The notes: a model not told the origin generated them from the sequence alone. 62,990 bases of DNA, filler included, from Hausera hauseri (GCA_046269625.1; 12 parts of 12 records of this genome joined end to end with filler, not necessarily neighbours in it); one strand, 5' to 3'. Shown: positions 24,759-38,418, numbered from the whole stretch's first letter. Numbers and translations: made by a program.

Positions 24759-25029
24759 NNNNNNNNNNNNNNNNNNNNNNNNNNNNNNNNNNNNNNNNNN
24801 NNTTAATTAATTAANNNNNNNNNNNNNNNNNNNNNNNNNNNNNNNNNNNNNNNNNNNNTAATAACATAATAAACTCTAAAATTATACACAATACATAATA
24901 TATATACATCTATGCTGTATATTCAATATTCTTAACAACGTAACAGTTTTTTTAAAATTATGTACATTATTCATAAGTTCGCTATTTTCACGTCCACCGG
25001 ATTACCCAACTAAACAGCCGGGTTTCAAA

Positions 25030-27810
25030 AAATGATTAGGGTAGGTATGACATGTCACCATGTATAATTTTACAAAAGAAATCCTGACTTAGCCGGACGA
25101 AATGATTTTGAGCGGATCTTATTGTTTCATCACTCAGCGTACTGTCCAAGTAGGTTATTTCGAAAGTGCGCGTATTGTAGTGCCAAAAAGTGTGTCTGCA
25201 AGTGCTCAATTCGTGGTAGTAGACGACGTGTTGCGCCACCCGAGTAATACGAACGGGAGGATGGTCGTTGAATTCGCATGAGTTTCAGCAAGGATTTTTA
25301 TGAAAATTTTTAATGTCCTGTGGAAACGCACCAGCAAACCGTTCGACTGGGATAGTACGGAGTTGTGTGGATATGGCTTATGCCCAATCAATTAACTAAA
25401 GTTTGAATAAGCTCGATTGGAATTGGGGGCCTTAATCTGTTATAATATATTGTGGCGAACCGAACCCGCTAATCCAAATCATTATAAAAGCATCGGCGAT
25501 GGAGTCCGTATTAGTGGAGCGAAGAGAAATGGCCTCAGACCAACGATATGCACGGTCCGTCATTGTTAGAACGAATTGATGGCCGTTATCAGATGGTAAA
25601 GGACCGACAATGTCTAAATGGACGGAATCGAAGTGGGACGTACAGGGGAAATGAAATAATTGTTGCTTAATATGTCCGACAACCTTAAATTTTTGGTAAG
25701 CCACACATTGCCCAATCAAGCCCTTACGTCAGATCTCATCTATGGTCATGTTACACGGAGTTTAATGAGGTGAAATATAGCCTCCAAACCTGGGTGATGC
25801 AAAAAGTGAACGTAGTTAAAGGCTATTTGTTGAAGAGTTGGTGCTAAAATCGGTAAGTGATTCCTCGGTTTCGAAGTGTCCAATGCTACGCTATCGATGA
25901 TTTTGACTGATTTATATTGGTTTAGTATATCTACATTATAGTATATATATCTATTTAGTATATCTGGTCGGAGGGCTGTGAATTAGTTGTTCCTTAGGAA
26001 AAATTGACGAAACACTTTTCGCACCAACCGACCAAGACAAAGAATCAGCAATTAGATTTTTAGTACCAGAATTATGGCAAATTTTAAAAATAAAAGTTGA
26101 AAAATATGAAATATGGCCTTCCTGCCGAAGTAATGGATGTTTCCCGCTTATTACGTGAACAAGAGGAGTGTAGTACGTTTTAATGGTAAAAGACTGATCG
26201 ATGAGAAGGTGTGAAAAATGCTTAAGTGCTAAAATGATGTCTAACAATTCTCCATCAAACGTGGAATAGCTGCGTTCTTGTGGCTCTAATTTCCGTGAGA
26301 AAAACTCGAGTGGTTCATTTGTTTCTTCGTATGTTTGATGAAGAATTGCTCTGACTGCTGCTGTTGATGCATCGGTTATAAGTATGAGATCAGCATCAGG
26401 TCTGCGATAGGTTAGGACCTCAACTGTTTTCAGGCTGTTACCGAACTCATCAAATTCATTTACCAGGCTTGGTGTCCAGTGTAAGGGTTGTTTCGTTTTG
26501 CCTGCTCCTAGTTAAGCGAAAGCAGCAGTTAACTGATTACAATGTGGAACGTATTTATGGATAAAGTGCAAAGTTAAAAGGAAACTGCGCGTGTCTGTAG
26601 ACGTTTCTGAACTGTTGTACTCTATTAGAATGTGGACTGTGCCCGTCAGGTATGATTATGTGCTCGAGAAAGTTCACTTCTTTTAAAAAAATGAGCATTT
26701 TGCGAAGTTGACTTGCTAGGTGTTATTGTGCAATCGTTGGAAAAGTAGTTTAAGATGTTCTTCGCGTTGCTTTGGCGAAGTTGATGCGACCAGAATATCG
26801 TCGATGTATGGGTATGCAAGTGCTAAACCGGAAAGGATAGAGTCAATGTACCGCTGAAAGGTTTGAGCTGCAGTTTTGAAACCGAATGGAATTTACGTGT
26901 ATTCAAAAAGACCGAAAGGCGTGATTATGGCTGTTTTTTATGTCATCCAGCACCACTGCTATCTGGTAGTAAGCCTTTTCAAGATCGATGGTTGAATATA
27001 TGGTGGTACTGTGAAGTTAGTGTAAGATATTTTTTATTAATGGTAATTGATATGCGTCTATGGTAGTAACATTATTAAGTTGGTAGTAGTCGCCACATAG
27101 ACGGAATGTGCCATCCTTTTTTAAAACCACATGAAATGGTGATATTTAAAGCGATTTAGAAAGGTATATGACTCCAGCTTGTTCGAGAGAAGAGAATTCT
27201 GCTTGTACTACTGGTTGACGGCGTGGTGAAAGTGGTCGGAATTTTTGTCTAATGTGTCTAAGATTTTTAGTGGTGATATGGTGAAATGTTGTACTACCTG
27301 GTCGGAATGTTGAGTCTTTTTCAATGGTGTAAAAGCAAAACTTGGTTATGTATTTTTGGATACGGTGGTGAATTGTAGAACAAGCCGCAGCAGATATTGA
27401 GCTCCAAAAATCATCTTTGTCAAAGTTTTTTGTTTGATCGTTATTATAATTCGATTGAAATATAAAATTATTCGACATCGTATTATCAGAATTCGTATTT
27501 ATTTTGATAAAGGATGATAAGGTTTTAATACTGATTTGACGAACTATGCAGGTTGTGCAACCGGTGGCGCATTATTTGTACACGTTGCATTTTTTGAATT
27601 ATTAACGATCAGACATTGCCTGCAGTCAACAAGGAAGTTGTAAAAAGGGAGGAAATCTGAATCAAGTATGGGTGATTGTGCATCAGCTACGATAAAGGTC
27701 CAAATGAAGGTGTCGGGAAAAGATTATAATATAAAAGAAATTTTTGAAGTGCCTAAGGGGCGTAAAGCTTGACCTTTAGCAGTATATAGCTAGGTAGTAG
27801 ATGGGTAGGT
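25030..27810 (-). mobile_element. pol: Second decayed CsRn1-like Ty3/gypsy pol
   Basis: Collinear with 14706-17300: HIRQKFRPLSPRRQ, YIDD, TDAS, LEFFSRK, VHLDIVGPLPSDNGHQF, QSNGLLVRFHRTLK. Confidence 0.9.
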
Positions 27811-28589
27811 GTGGTACCCACCGTTCTTTGCAACCCTCTGGCCCATTTCGACCGGGTACAGCCAGGTGCGACGATTTCGCCCCGACAGTGTCGTTAGTAG
27901 GGGCCCGTCACTTAAATCCCGTCACCTAAGCCCGTCCTTCGGAAAATCCTGCCGTTAGATTTGTCACTGGTCAGAAAGATGATAAAGAAGCCGTAGAAGA
28001 GCCACCGATTACAAATTGTTTTCATAATTACACTGGATATTTAATTTTTTACTCATTTAGATAATTCACATTGTTGAACCAACTGAAAATAGATCAAATA
28101 ATTTAACAACAAACGATCCAAACCGATTACATGACTCAATTAATTAACATATGTTTAGTCTGACCATATTAAAATTTATTTGTGCTTTTTCTCATTGTAT
28201 ACTTTGAATATTCAAATTTATTGTGATTTCTTTGCACACCTTTGAAATTGTATTTTTATTTTTCCTTCTTGGATTACATTGAGAAAATGGTATAAATAGA
28301 ATCTCTCATTGATAACGAACAATAGTTTTCATAATGACATCATACTATTACAACTCTTGTAAGTTTTTTGTATTCTTCATTTTCAAGATATTTATACATT
28401 TATTAATATTGCTTTTAAAAGTAATAAAGTATATTGACTTAATATTCTTGTTGATATTTCATTAGATAACGCGATTATATTATCAATTGGAATAATAAAT
28501 AATCTTACGTATTGTAATAGGTTAAGTAATTAATTTCTGGGTCCGTCTTTTCGGTATACTGAACAGTAAAATCCGGTTGTAAAACTCAT

Positions 28590-28811
28590 AAAGAAGGGGG
28601 AGGGTTGTCAGTGTGTCCCCTGACGAACACAGTAAGTTCAAATAAATTAAGTAAAGATATCGGCAGCCCAATGGTTGCTACAGACTGACAAATAATAATA
28701 AAAAGTGTGAAGAAAGGAGAACCTTCAAACAGTGAAAGAAAGACAATAAGTTTAAGGTTGTAAGACCAAATTTCTACACCTATAAAATTATCACTGGGGC
28801 CCCGAGTGAGG
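28590..28811 (+). repeat. PPT (28590-28604) - ~188-bp LTR (28606-28793, TG...CA) - PBS (28795-28811)
   Basis: AAAGAAGGGGGAGGG-t-TGTCAG ... AATAAA ... TTATCA-c-TGGGGCCCCGAGTGAGG, with gag ~130 bp downstream. Confidence 0.65.
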
Positions 28812-28911
28812 TGACACACTGACGTATAACACTCGAAGTAGAGTTAAAGCTAATATTACAATTTCACGCACTGATTCAGCAAGGAGTAGCTCTGAATCAA
28901 ACGAAAATCCC

Positions 28912-30095
28912 TTGATTGAACCAAATATAGAAAGGAATCCAATGTCTAGCTTTGGAATAGGAACTGGCTCAAGTACAACTGGTACAATGATACTTCCGAT
29001 GGGTAAGTTCGAAGGAAAACCGGACCAAGATAATAATAAGTTTTTAGTGCAATACCAAATGTATTCACAAAATTTACATGGTCAAATGAGCTCAGGATAC
29101 AACGTCTTCCCTTACATCTTAAAGGAATAGCACTTGGTGCTTATGCTCAGCTTACGGATGATGATAAGGCTGATTGGGCTAGCCTTAAGGATGCCCTGGA
29201 AGAAAGACTCTTAGTAGACCCATCGGGAAAAGGTCGAATAAGAGAGTTTAACAGGCGACGACAAAGGAAAGGCGAAACAGTGCAAGAGTTTGCATGTGCC
29301 CTTCAAAAGCTGGCTCAAAGAGCTTACACAGATGTTGATATAAGGGAAGATGCCCTCCTAGCTCAATTTTGGCTATGGGGTTAACAGGGAAATTCAAAAT
29401 TATATTATTGTTGCTGACCCTGACACTTATAAAGAAGCTATTAGTAAAGCTAGAAAAATTGAGTTAAACTATGAAAGATTGGAAAATACTAAAAAGCCTC
29501 CTAAAACGATGACAGAAAGTTAAAAAATTTTCAGTCGAAGAAAAATTCCCAAAAGCCGTCTTATAAAGTCCAGAATCAAATAGAACAACAGCCGAAAAAG
29601 GTTACGTAACAAGAGATCAACCTCAAAAATCTGCGATGAAGAATCCAACGGTTAACCAGAATGGACAACCATTATCTTTCGCTTGTCAAAAATACGGACA
29701 TATGGCTCGCTTTTGTCCTAACCAAGGATAGTTAAGTCAGAAGAAGAAAAACGTTGATATAGTAGGCAATATATCTGATACGGATAATGAACACGTAACT
29801 ACAGATATAGAACTTAAAGAAACAACTGAAAAGCTACAGTTGAAGATGAAATCTAAATTAAAAGAAGGCAAAACCAATACAGTAGAAGATGAAGATAAGA
29901 CAGCCGAATTAAAACATCTGTACCTTGAATTAAAGGAACAACAAACTTGCGAGAGAAGACAGAAAATGAATGATGAAAGTTCAGTCATTGCTCCTATAGG
30001 TAGACCCAAAAAGACTCCTACATCAGGATCAGATACCAAAAAGAAAAGGGCCAAGAAAATGGATAAACCTTTGATACAAGAAAAAGAATTGAAGA
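28912..30095 (+). pseudogene. gag: Ty3/gypsy Gag (CA and zinc knuckle) plus start of a downstream charged region; relative of the gag at 30.5 kb
   Basis: KFEGKPDQD, RLPLHLKGIALGAY, RRQRKGETVQEFA, knuckle VNQNGQPLSFACQKYGHMARFCP (compare VNRNGNLVCFTCGKGHISRSCP). Confidence 0.85.
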
Positions 30096-30373
30096 NNNNN
30101 NNNNNNNNNNNNNNNNNNNNNNNNNNNNNNNNNNNNNNNTTAATTAATTAANNNNNNNNNNNNNNNNNNNNNNNNNNNNNNNNNNNNNNNNNNNNTCTAC
30201 AAATTTTATTTATTTCTTTCATATTATTTTTTCATTTCCAACATATGGTTTTATTTCTAAATCAATATATTTTTATGCAGCAACTGTGAAAACACTAATA
30301 AAAAAATAATTTTGCAACCACCAATGTCTAATATTAACAGAATATATTTATAATTGAAAGATTTATGCAACTT

Positions 30374-30433
30374 AGGTGCTATTTACAAACCACTATAGCG
30401 CTATTTACAAACCACTATAGTGCTATTTACAAC
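30374..30433. repeat. 22-bp tandem repeat, ~2.6 copies
   Basis: gctatttacaaaccactatag(c/t) repeated. Confidence 0.8.
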
Positions 30434-30499
30434 AGTTAAAACGAAAATTAAATGGGGTATATAAGGCTATTGAACGGGGATAAGTAACGCAACCTTTAA

Positions 30500-31770
30500 T
30501 CCAGAACAAGCATTGATAAGTCAAAAGCAAACCGTGTATTAAATGATAATTCACCTATACGTGAGACACGTCGAAACATATCTAGAGATATACAAAAAGT
30601 AGATAAACGTTCAAATTCAGAGAATAGAACCAAATTTGACGTTACCGAGCAGAATAAGCAATTTAAAATTCCACTTGAGAAGCATAGAATAACGAAACCA
30701 AATTTAGAGATAAATAACGTAAATAATTTGGCAGCAGATGACCCACCAGTAGCGCAGAAAATGGACATCTTTACCTTTGACTCTCTGAACTTGCCGGCAT
30801 ACGATGGCGACCCGGACGGGCTTAACGAATTCTTGAGAACTTATAAATTGCACACAGAAGTGCTAGTCTCACTCCTGAGGTAATGATTAAACGCTTGTCA
30901 TTATATTTGAAAAATGTAGCCGCTGACGCTTATAGTGAGCTCACAAATGATGAGAAAAAATCCTGGTCCTCCTTGGTAGGAGCATTAAACAGTAAATTAT
31001 TACCGACCGTAACTCCGCAGCAGAAGCTTATGGCGTTTCAGAATAGAGTACAACGAAAGGGTGAATCAGTAACCCAATTCGCATTTGCGTTGAAGAAGCT
31101 TGTAATAGTTATATAAACACACTACGTATAGCCAACGTAGCTAGAGCCAAAACGGATGCGGAACGCGAGGCCGCAGAAAAGGCAACACCACCAGATCTAG
31201 ATGTCATGATGACGACTCAATTAATCTATGATATTTGGTCACGAGATTTGGTTAAACAATTAATTTTGGCTAGACCTGAAAACTTTGAAGGAACTCTACA
31301 GTTAGCTCAAGATTTAGAAATGGCACTCGACAGATATGCCAGACACAACGATAGAAACAACAGAAATAATTATCGAAGTGATCGTAACGACAGAAATCGG
31401 AATGATAATCGTGGAAGAGAAGATAGACGATTTACGGGTATTAAAAATTATGGGAATCGAAATAATCATAGCAGTTACAGAAATGGCGGAGGTAATAATT
31501 ATACTAATACGAAGAGATCATATTTTAACTGGAATAGGACTAGAGGAAATTATAAAGGCTCAAACTACTCGAATCAAAACGGCGATAACCAAAATAATGA
31601 TAATCGACAAAATGCAGGTAACGCGCAAAGTTTGTCAAATCAGTATAATAAAAGTATGAACAGATCTAAGTCACCTGTGAACGAAGATGGTCGACAAAGA
31701 GTCAACAGAAATGGGAATTTAGTTTGTTTTACTTGCGGAAAAGGACACATTTCAAGATCATGTCCAAACC
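30500..31770 (+). pseudogene. gag: Ty3/gypsy Gag (capsid, Asn/Arg-rich linker, CCHC-type knuckle)
   Basis: LPAYDGDPDGLNEFL, RLSLYLKNVAADAY, RVQRKGESVTQFAFAL, CFTCGKGHISRSC at 31725-31763. Confidence 0.88.
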
Positions 31771-34708
31771 CACGTAGCGTTTCATTTACTAAGCCGAACA
31801 AGACTAGTATGATCAGAACTAACGAAAATTTAGAAGCAAAGTATGGGGTTCGCGGTGATACAGGCACTATCATTGACATACAAGATTTACGGTGGTTTCT
31901 AGACGCTCAGCCTAAATCCAATAACCCACAAATTTTGATGGCTAGAAAAGAATACAGAGATAAGCTGAGACTACTAGAGGTATATCATGGTATAGTAGAA
32001 CCAGAAACTGACTATGAGCATGCGATTTCCCCTAAGCGAATTTATATGACACGGAAAAAGAGTGTTCCGACAAGTAATAAACCATCTGATAAGCCAGGCA
32101 CATCGACAGAAGTCGACTTAGATGCAGAGCCTGAGCTCACAGTTGAAAAGATAGAGAAGCCCACGAATGACGATGCAGCAGAAAAAGAATGTATGCAACC
32201 ATTAATACTTAAAATTACCAAAAATAGAGGCCGTAGCCCTTCATTAAAAACAAAACGTAGAAGCCGTTCACGTTCAGAAGTAACTAGAGCGAAAATAGCA
32301 GAAATGAAGGATACGAGCATCTCGGTAGGAAGCGACGTAGCACAAAACTTAGAAACACCAGAAGTCGGCCCATTTACACCTATCGAAGTGAGAGAACCTA
32401 AAGAGTTAGTCAATGAAATTAACGAGATTTGTCCACTTCCCATTAGTGAGGAAGAAACGGTAAATACCGACTATTCTGATCCAAAGAAGTGGAAAGTCCT
32501 ACGCTCATGGAAAAATGCCGATGAGCTAAAGGAAATGAGAGTTAGATGTCACGATCCAGAAATACTACAGCAAAATTTGGAAAGACTTAGACAGATTAGC
32601 CAGCAAGTAGATATATCTGGAAAAGAACAGCAGTATGCTGAGAGACTATATAAAAGTTTGAAATTATATAGTGAAGGGAAACTTACAGAAGCAATCGACT
32701 TAGGACAATCGGAAGATGTATCACCTCAAACATTGTCAAAATGGGAGCATGAGTTAGAATCATGGATTAAAAGAGGAGTAGAATTTTCGGAAGGATGGAG
32801 CCAAATAGAAGATAGTGTCGACGCAAAAGTCACTAAAGCTCAGACGCTATTGTCAACCTTAGAAGCAAACCCAAAATTAAAGAGTGTGGTCCGAAATTTA
32901 GAACGTATGATGGATGAAATTCGTCACGCAATAATTAATCGGCTTAGGGAAAAACCGGTTAACCATCGAAGTAATATCAATTTAGAAATATTGGGCATAG
33001 ACCCTATATATATTCCCCCTTTGACGGCGATGATAAAAATCACCTTTGGTGTACCCAAACAATATACAAACCTAGAAAATTGAATTAAGATAGAAAGTGA
33101 AAGGCGAGCGCAGATTTATAGTTTGAGAAACCGGATTATGTTTCCAAACAACGAAGAAAACAAAGTACGTAGTAAAAGCTTGTATCATAGAATTTGATGA
33201 ACATAAGGACGAGTTTAGCTATGTCGGCTGGATTATGGATTTCCTAAGAGGGCCGGACGATGAGTTGAAAGATGCATGTAAGATGCTAGATAAGACTATA
33301 ATGACAAAGCCAATAATCTCAAATCAGTTGTCGGAATGGTTTGAATTAGTAATATGGTTAAGCAATTTAGTGGGAAGTCGTAAGAAAGAATTCCAAGAGA
33401 GCGAGCTTTCTGTAAAGAAATAGTTAGAAGAAAGCGCGCGCAATTTAGACACAGTACTAACATAAATCGACATCGAACGCGATTTGAAGCATTACGACGA
33501 CTCAATTTTATGAAAAAGAAACAAGAAGCGACGATTCTGGAAGAGATATGTAAAATGGTCGAAGAGACGAATTTTACAGAAAAGCTGAATATGACTTGCA
33601 ATTTTTATCCAAGATTGAGAAATGTCCGATTAGAAGGAGTTCAACATTTAACAGAGAAACCTATTGACGAGATCTCTGTCCAAGACATCGAAACCTTAGA
33701 CATTTGTCCGGAACACCGAGCCACTTTGACGTACACGATAAAATTTTAGCACAAGCCACAAGAATAGATGGCCGGATCAGATCAGAATTTCCATACCGAG
33801 TTGATAAAGATAAGAAACGATCAACATCTTAGTGTTCAATAATCTAAGTTCGTAAAGAAATTGCTGGATGCAATAGATCCAGACTCAAAAGCCTACTTAT
33901 TGGTATCAATGGCAGAAATTAATGACGAAAGGATGAGACAACTGATGCAAAAATTACAGCAAGTCGAAGAGACGTACATCAGAACAAAACAAAGAGCATC
34001 TAGGCTAGATGAACTGGCAAAAGAATTCGAAATTTACCGAAACAAATATGCGTTATCGAATCAGAGATTAAAAATAAACGAGAATTCGTATAAAGATGGC
34101 AAAAGATGTAATTATTTAATTAACATATTATCACCAAAAAGGACTCATCGAGTCTAACAAATTCGGCGAATTACTGAAAATGATTCGATGTGACTGTGGA
34201 AACGGAATAGGGTTCCGAATTGCACAGATGAAGGAAATACAATCAAGACTAAAAAAAATTACGGAAAACGTGAAACGAACAAATACAGCCTTGGTAGACT
34301 ATGGACTTCCAGACGACGGAAACGAACCCGAATGGGATGCATACTTTGTCGCGATACTTGCCGAAAAGCTTATGACTCCAGTACAACTAAATGAGATAGA
34401 AATATGTCTGCAGAACAGGAGATTCAATGTGGTGATACTTCTGGATTCGGCGCTAGCTGAAAAGAGTTAATCGAATTAATTAACGTAAACATTACTGGAA
34501 GTAAGTTAAGACAACTTATTCCAACATTAACTAAATTATCCAGTAAGAATAGGATTTATAGCACGGTGCCGAAACTTTTGATTAGGAAATACGCTAAATT
34601 CTTAAGGGCTAAACCAGAAGTAGCGATAAAAATATTGGTAACATCCGAATGGATGGAGGAAAAAGAATGTGAGCTAACTACATATTTCTACGGAAAAGAT
34701 GTAAGAGA
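31771..34708 (+). pseudogene. Gag-fused ~1000-aa unknown region X (copy 1), ending in the N-half of a ubiquitin-like domain
   Basis: In frame with the knuckle in ORF 31206-33083. Collinear with 49479-52217 (RSWKNADELK.MR.RCHDPE, GPDDELKDA, QDIETLDI, LVDYGLPD.GNEPEWDAY, SEWM.EKECELTTY). Confidence 0.85.
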
Positions 34709-34929
34709 NNNNNNNNNNNNNNNNNNNNNNNNNNNNNNNNNNNNNNNNNNNNTTAATTAATTAANNNNNNNNNNNNNNNNNNNNNNNNNNNNNNNNNNNN
34801 NNNNNNNNTAAGAAATTGGACTGCAACCAAATTTAACCCTTTAAATAGAAAATCTTTCAATTGTTTGGTATAGAAAGTGGTTTCCCTCTATGCTCTACTC
34901 CTCAGCTTTATTCTTCTGATTACGATACC

Positions 34930-35124
34930 TCATAAACAGGTGTGGGGAGATGTTTCGGGGAGGCAGGTTCCATGTTGAAGTGAAGCAGTGCATTTATGAT
35001 GAACACAGAGGTACCAGATATGTGCACCTGCATTATAGTTACGTGGAGCAATTCTATTTGGATTATAGAGTTTTTGATTTGAAGTACGCACATGCCTGTT
35101 TAAATAATCCAAATGAATAAACAT
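34930..35124 (-). other. Possible FLYWCH/WRKY-type zinc finger fragment
   Basis: IWYLCVHHKCTASL...PHTC gives C-x4-C ... H-x-C. No transposase core seen. Confidence 0.3.
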
Positions 35125-35934
35125 CCATCATGAAGTAGCTTGAGTTGACACCTAGATGTTTTAAAATAGATGTTTTCTTTACTTTTCAGCATATTATCAT
35201 TATTTATCTTCTAGTTGATTTATTAACAAACTTTAATGGATTTTCTTAATGAAATTGGGTAGCGAGAGGGCTTAACTAACAAGATCGATGTTTATTTTTT
35301 GTAAGATCTTCAACTATAGTTTGTCGAATCGTTTTTTTCGGAAGAATGTTTATTCGATATTTTTACGTGGTGCTTCCAATAAGTAATGAGCCCAATTTGG
35401 AAGTATATTTTCGAATAATGTCAGAATTTACGTGCAGCATTTGGATTTAGGAAGTCTTTTGCAGAATATTCTAAAGATGTATGAAATTCTGCTGTTCCTC
35501 TATGTCTCATAATTAAGATGGGAGTCTTAAGAGTTGAAATTTTCATGCGAAGAGTGTTCAAAGAAATAACGGATACTCACTATGTTTGGGAATACTTATA
35601 TCATACTCGTCGATTTTAAGTCATATTGCAATTGATTCATCATTTGGCCTTTTTATAAGAACTAGCTGAAATTGATATTTTCTTATCTCTTGTATAAATT
35701 GTCAAAACTTCGTTTGTCGCAACAATAATTATTGAAAGTAAAATATATATCAGTGATTTCTAACTGCTTAAGCCTAAATGATCATTATAGAATATTAAAT
35801 ATTTATAAAAATAATACAAATAATTTGGTCTTCTTTACATAGTATAGAGTTACCTTGTGTTATAAAGAGAGCTGAGAATCACAAATTGTATATATGTACA
35901 GTAAGAATAATAAGTACATTCTGACATGTATAAA

Positions 35935-36760
35935 TAGATTAACCCATTTTGTCGAACTGATGGCATTAGTGGACCAAAAAGCGTAGACTGGCAGAAGCCG
36001 TAGTAAGGAAAATCATCTGCAGATACGAACCTCCTGAACAAATTCTGACAGATCGAGGAAGGAACTTTACGAGTGAATTATTCGAAGGGATTACCAAAAT
36101 ATTTGAGATTGAACGATTAACCGCAACTGCTTACCACCTGCAATGTAACGGAATGGTCGAACGGATGAACGCAACCGTTATACGAATCTTATCAATAGTA
36201 GTTGCGAAAGACCAGAAGGATTGGGATGAATTCTTAGAGGGTACACAGTTTGACATAAACACTACATCACATCCCTCAACAGGATTTACTCCATTTTTAT
36301 GATGTATGGTAGAGACGCTGTACTACCCACGGACTTATGAATAATACCATATACAGTAAAAACGGATAATCTAATACTAAACTTTGTTAAATTGTTGCAG
36401 ACGGGATTACGCAAACGATGGGATATAGCCAAAGAATTGTCCAAAAAATATCAAGAGCAATTTAAAAGGCAATATGATAATAACGCTATACCATATGATT
36501 TGGAGAAAGGAAACTGGGTTTATGTGCATTATCTGGTTGCGAAGAAAGACAAATCTTTAAAACTAACCCGAACTGGCAGAGGACCTTATAAAATTATTAG
36601 AACCACACCAACTAAAGTCTATATTAATAAAAATGGCAAAGAGGTCGTATCCATACAAAGAGTGGTCAAAACGGAAATAAGGCCAAATAAACGATATAAT
36701 CTGCGTTCGACTGAGAAAAATCCAAGTCAAACCAAGAAAGAAAAGAAAACGTCATCGATA
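35935..36760 (+). pseudogene. pol: Ty3/gypsy integrase core and GPY/F C-terminus
   Basis: PEQILTDRGRNFTSELF, TAYHLQCNGMVERMN, QKDWD, STGFTPF..YGRD, RGPYKII, RYNLRS. Confidence 0.93.
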
Positions 36761-37910
36761 GTAACTAGACCGATATCATGTGCACAAATAATTCTTGAAC
36801 TATCGCTAATCGCTTCATATATACCAAGTGAAAAAACACAATGAATACTGTGTTTAGTAGAATATAACCACGGAGTTATGCCATATTTCGCAACTGAAAA
36901 AGAACAACATGCAGGAAGACGGCAAGACATACAGAATTTACAGTTGCTCAGAGTCTACGATATGAATTCAATAAAACACTGCGCCTGGTTTAAGACAAGC
37001 GAATCTGTTAAGAACAATGTAAAATTTCAGATTATATTTGTGGATCAAACAAGTTCTAGGATGAAGACATGTGATTTTCCATATGGACCCTATCAGAAAT
37101 GTTGCGATTTAGATTTCGGACGAACATATTAATATAAATTTTAGACGTTCTATTATAATCTGCCTGGAGCCCAAGCCTATATAACTACCGAATTGGAAAT
37201 ACAAATGCCTCAAGGTAACGACACAAGTTAAGCCAAGACAGATGATATAGTCCGAAATACCGATCCATTTAAGAGACTCTTAGATTATAGCATTATTGTG
37301 AACTCCAAAGACTTTGAAAACCAATGTATTCGAATTAAGAACAAAATAGAGTTGCATGGAGATAGACGAATTTCCATCCGATTCACAACGACACATAAAT
37401 CAACCCCTCCTGTGAAATATTGTTATATTGCGCGAGAACAACAAAATCCGGGCTGCAGGATATCTTTGGATTATGAATACCAAATGCAATTTGATTTGTA
37501 CAATACATACCCGAACGAACCGAGTACTTATTTAATAGTATATCGTCCAAAAGTCGGAATATGGAAGATTTCCTTCCCAACAACTACAAGAAAACCGTCT
37601 ACCATTCCAAGTACGACTCGCACCACTAATATTAATACTTCGAGTAAAATGACCGATAGAGAATTGGAAAACATACATGTTAAAATTTTGGCGCGACATA
37701 ATAGAATTGTATTTTATGTTGAAAAAACAGTGGATTATGAAATTAAAATCGAATGTCGTAACTTACATACCAACAAAATTGTAATCTTAAGGAAGAATAG
37801 TCAGAAAATCGAACGTAAATCTCTACGATGACAAAATGAGCATATAATTCAAATGACCGCAATGGTAAGAGACATAAAACTCTTACAGTACAAAGTCTTA
37901 ACAACGAAGT
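36761..37910 (+). pseudogene. In-frame post-integrase extension: signal-like segment, beta-rich Cys-containing (FN3-like) domains, Thr/Pro linker
   Basis: ORFs at 36392, 36878 and 37298 share one frame. AQIILELSLIASYIPS; KTCDFPYGPYQKCCDLDFGRTY; PTTTRKPSTIPSTTRTT. Confidence 0.6.
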
Positions 37911-38229
37911 TAACTTAATTCCATATGTTGGCTGCGTGCACATCCACGCCGTCCACATCGTCGCCCAACTTGGGGACAAATGGAAAATCTCCGACCCTGG
38001 TATGTCCGCAGAAGCAGAATTGGATCGTTTGTAGTTAATCATTGAAAAGTTAACATCAATTGTTGAAAATTTTACTATCATCCAAATACTTATTTGGAAA
38101 CAAATTTTCCCAAATTTTCCCAAATTCTAAATTTAAATTATACTTTTAATGTTACACTTTTAAATTAAATTTTTTTTATAATTTAAATGTTTCTAATTTA
38201 AATTTAGAATTTCCGTTCTCGATTATATC

Positions 38230-38370
38230 CTCACAATTATATACACCAATTTTTCCTCAATGTATGAGCAGAAAACGCTTTGAGACCATAAAACAATATT
38301 TACATTTTTCCGACAACAACGAATTTGATCCAGCAAATCACCTTAGCCTGAAACTCAACTAAATATAGCC
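38230..38370 (+). mobile_element. piggyBac transposase fragment
   Basis: TPIFPQCMSRKRFETIKQYLHFSDN (PGBD-type MSR.RF...LHF.DN motif). Confidence 0.85.
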
Positions 38371-38418
38371 AGATAAATAAACCGATGAACAAGGTTGCCT
38401 TATTTTAGATTTAAATTT

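Noticed and set aside
31843-31880. GVRGDTGTIID as a protease active site right after Gag
   Set aside because: It lacks the hydrophobic-hydrophobic-D-T-G-A/S context and downstream ILG motif. The real protease (ALIDTGS...VVLG) is after env at 22393.
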